In this document: positions 62,301-64,000 of the stretch, piece by piece
Layout of the letters: each line of letters starts with the position of its first letter
Position numbering within the stretch: the first letter of the stretch is position 1
Source: Mytilus trossulus
Taxonomy: Eukaryota
DNA length: 64,000 bases
Assembly: GCF_036588685.1 (NCBI RefSeq)
Contig: NW_026963317.1
Span: forward strand, 1,550,001-1,614,000
Direction of reading: 5' to 3'
Program-made: the position numbers and the translations under genes
Notes under the pieces: generated by a model
What the model saw: only the letters and a program-made list of their open reading frames with translations
The model's database searches: none
Told to the model about the DNA's origin: nothing

Positions 62301-64000
62301 TAATTACCAATATTAAAATGCTGAAATGCAAGTTGTATACTTATTATTTTACTAATTTGCGTTTTGGTTCCGTTCAAATTTGCTGTTATATCATGTATAG
62401 ATTCCTTGATTTTCATAACTTATCTAGTTTCAGTTGTTAAATACTAGTCAGTAAAGAGCTAAATATTTTGCCTTCCAGCAGAGCCAACAATTAAGCATCA
62501 GACGTATACGTGATACATTAATCATATATATATGTAATATCATTATATATGATATCAGTAATGGACTCCTAGACTTTTTCTCCTTTTATAGACGACTATG
62601 CAGTATGGGCTGTGCTCATTGTTGAAGGCCGTACGGTGACCTACATGTATAGTTGTTAATTTCTGTGGCATATGGTCTCTTATCCAGAGTTTTTCTCATT
62701 GGCAATCACACCACACCTTTTTTTTAAACGGACTCTTTTAGATTTTGTTATATTCTCAACGGTTGAGAAAAACTCCATGGATGACAAGTCAACTGGGGTT
62801 TTGAGTTGAACATTTTGATGGTGTATGTTTATAAGGGTTTGAATAGGATTTATATAGAAGAAGAGAGAATATATATGGACAAAAAGTGCACAACAAAGGG
62901 CCAAAAAAGTAAATAAAATAGACACCAAGAAAACAAAGAATATAGAATAGTGGGGAAAAATATGAAGACTACAGAAAAATTACTTACAACTATAAGACAA
63001 TATTCAAGACCCTCGTGTGTGTTCAAATACAATCTGTATACACTATAGTATATATCTTGCTATAAAGTTCCGTTCTCAATGTTATTTGCTCGAGCATGAC
63101 TGTCTGATTCTATTTAATTTTTAAATTGATGTCCAGGGGCAAACATTTCTAGAGTCGTGTCATTCAGGAAGTAAATACAAGAATAAATGAATCTGTTCAT
63201 GCGCGGGTTGGTTAAAATAGAGCTCCCTACATACATCTTGTTTAAAAAATATTTATTTTACTCAGCTATCTTCAAGGCACTGTCTTCTGCTCTTACATGA
63301 AATAGTGATACTATGAAATTGACTGATAAGATTTTATTTTAGATTGCCAAAGTTTGAAGTAGTAGAGACCATTTCCGTGACCTGTGTTTGTTGCACTCTG
63401 TGGGTAAAATCCAGTAGTTTTTTTTTAGCCTACTGAGATTTTAATAACTTATTTTCGAATGATGGAACCATATCAAAATAATAAATTGAACACGGGTTTG
63501 ACAGTCAGTAAACTGTCACACAAGAAATAGATTGAATGTTGCATGTACACAAGTCCAATTTGTAATGTTGTCTTTACGTCCTTCCACATTCTTTTTTTTT
63601 TCAAAATTCGGGATCCGCTTTCGAATATATTATGGGAGTCTGTCAATGGAGCTAGAGATACATTTAACTACCTTGACTGGTTACACAACCCTTGCACAGT
63701 AGATAAATACATCATACACAGATACACTGGCTGGTTAAAGGGACAATAAACCAGAAGTGTAAATTGCCCCAGGTATTTTAAGTATATTGTGTGTAATGTG
63801 TCAACAGCCACGTGTTAGTGAATTCAAAGATAATCAAAATGATCTAATACACCTGAGACAACTATAACACATATAGTATGTGTTATAGTAGTCTCAGAAT
63901 ACACGTAGTAATCTACCATGCAGCTACGCATCATCGAACATCGCAAATAACTAGCTTTGCATTGTAAGATATTTAATTATACCCCCGCTTTGAAAAAAAG

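Larger units (their letters stand above)
49761..64000. mobile_element. Outer copy of a ~10-kb CACTG-terminated DNA transposon, interrupted at 51403/61477 and running off the window
   Basis: TAA|CACTGGTAGACCTATTTGGCAAAT at 49761; 49761-51403 matches 51404-53046, and 61480-64000 matches 53047-55567. Confidence 0.85.

Noticed and set aside
50032-63749. Pairs of identical 60-83-aa ORFs as duplicated genes
   Set aside because: Chance ORFs repeated because the whole transposon is duplicated; no recognisable motifs.

Overview
AT-rich, intron-containing animal DNA; the repeat families suggest a bivalve such as Mytilus (inference). Host genes assembled by hand from splice sites: FKBP2 (- strand, 4 coding exons, 141 aa), lying head-to-head with SNRPD2/SmD2 (+ strand, 3 exons, 119 aa), and an unannotated 5-exon, 230-aa orphan gene (- strand, 26288-32667) that the ORF track almost entirely misses. 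Mobile DNA dominates the rest: (1) an apparently intact 4.6-kb ISL2EU-type (PIF/Harbinger-related) transposon with AT target-site duplication (TSD), two convergent spliced genes (THAP-HTH-DDE transposase and SWIM-YqaJ/lambda-exonuclease protein) and a 25-bp motif mirrored in front of both start codons; (2) a 10,073-bp CACTG-terminated DNA transposon with TTA TSD inserted into a near-identical copy of itself, which explains both large duplications at 49.8-64 kb; (3) a deleted Mutator-like element; (4) a 5'-truncated Penelope-like retroelement nested in an older inverted copy of its own tail; (5) two intact minimal hammerhead ribozymes; (6) many MITEs, HINE-like repeats and minisatellites, including an array that multiplies an FKBP2 splice donor about 12 times. 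Family names come from motif recognition only; no searches were run.
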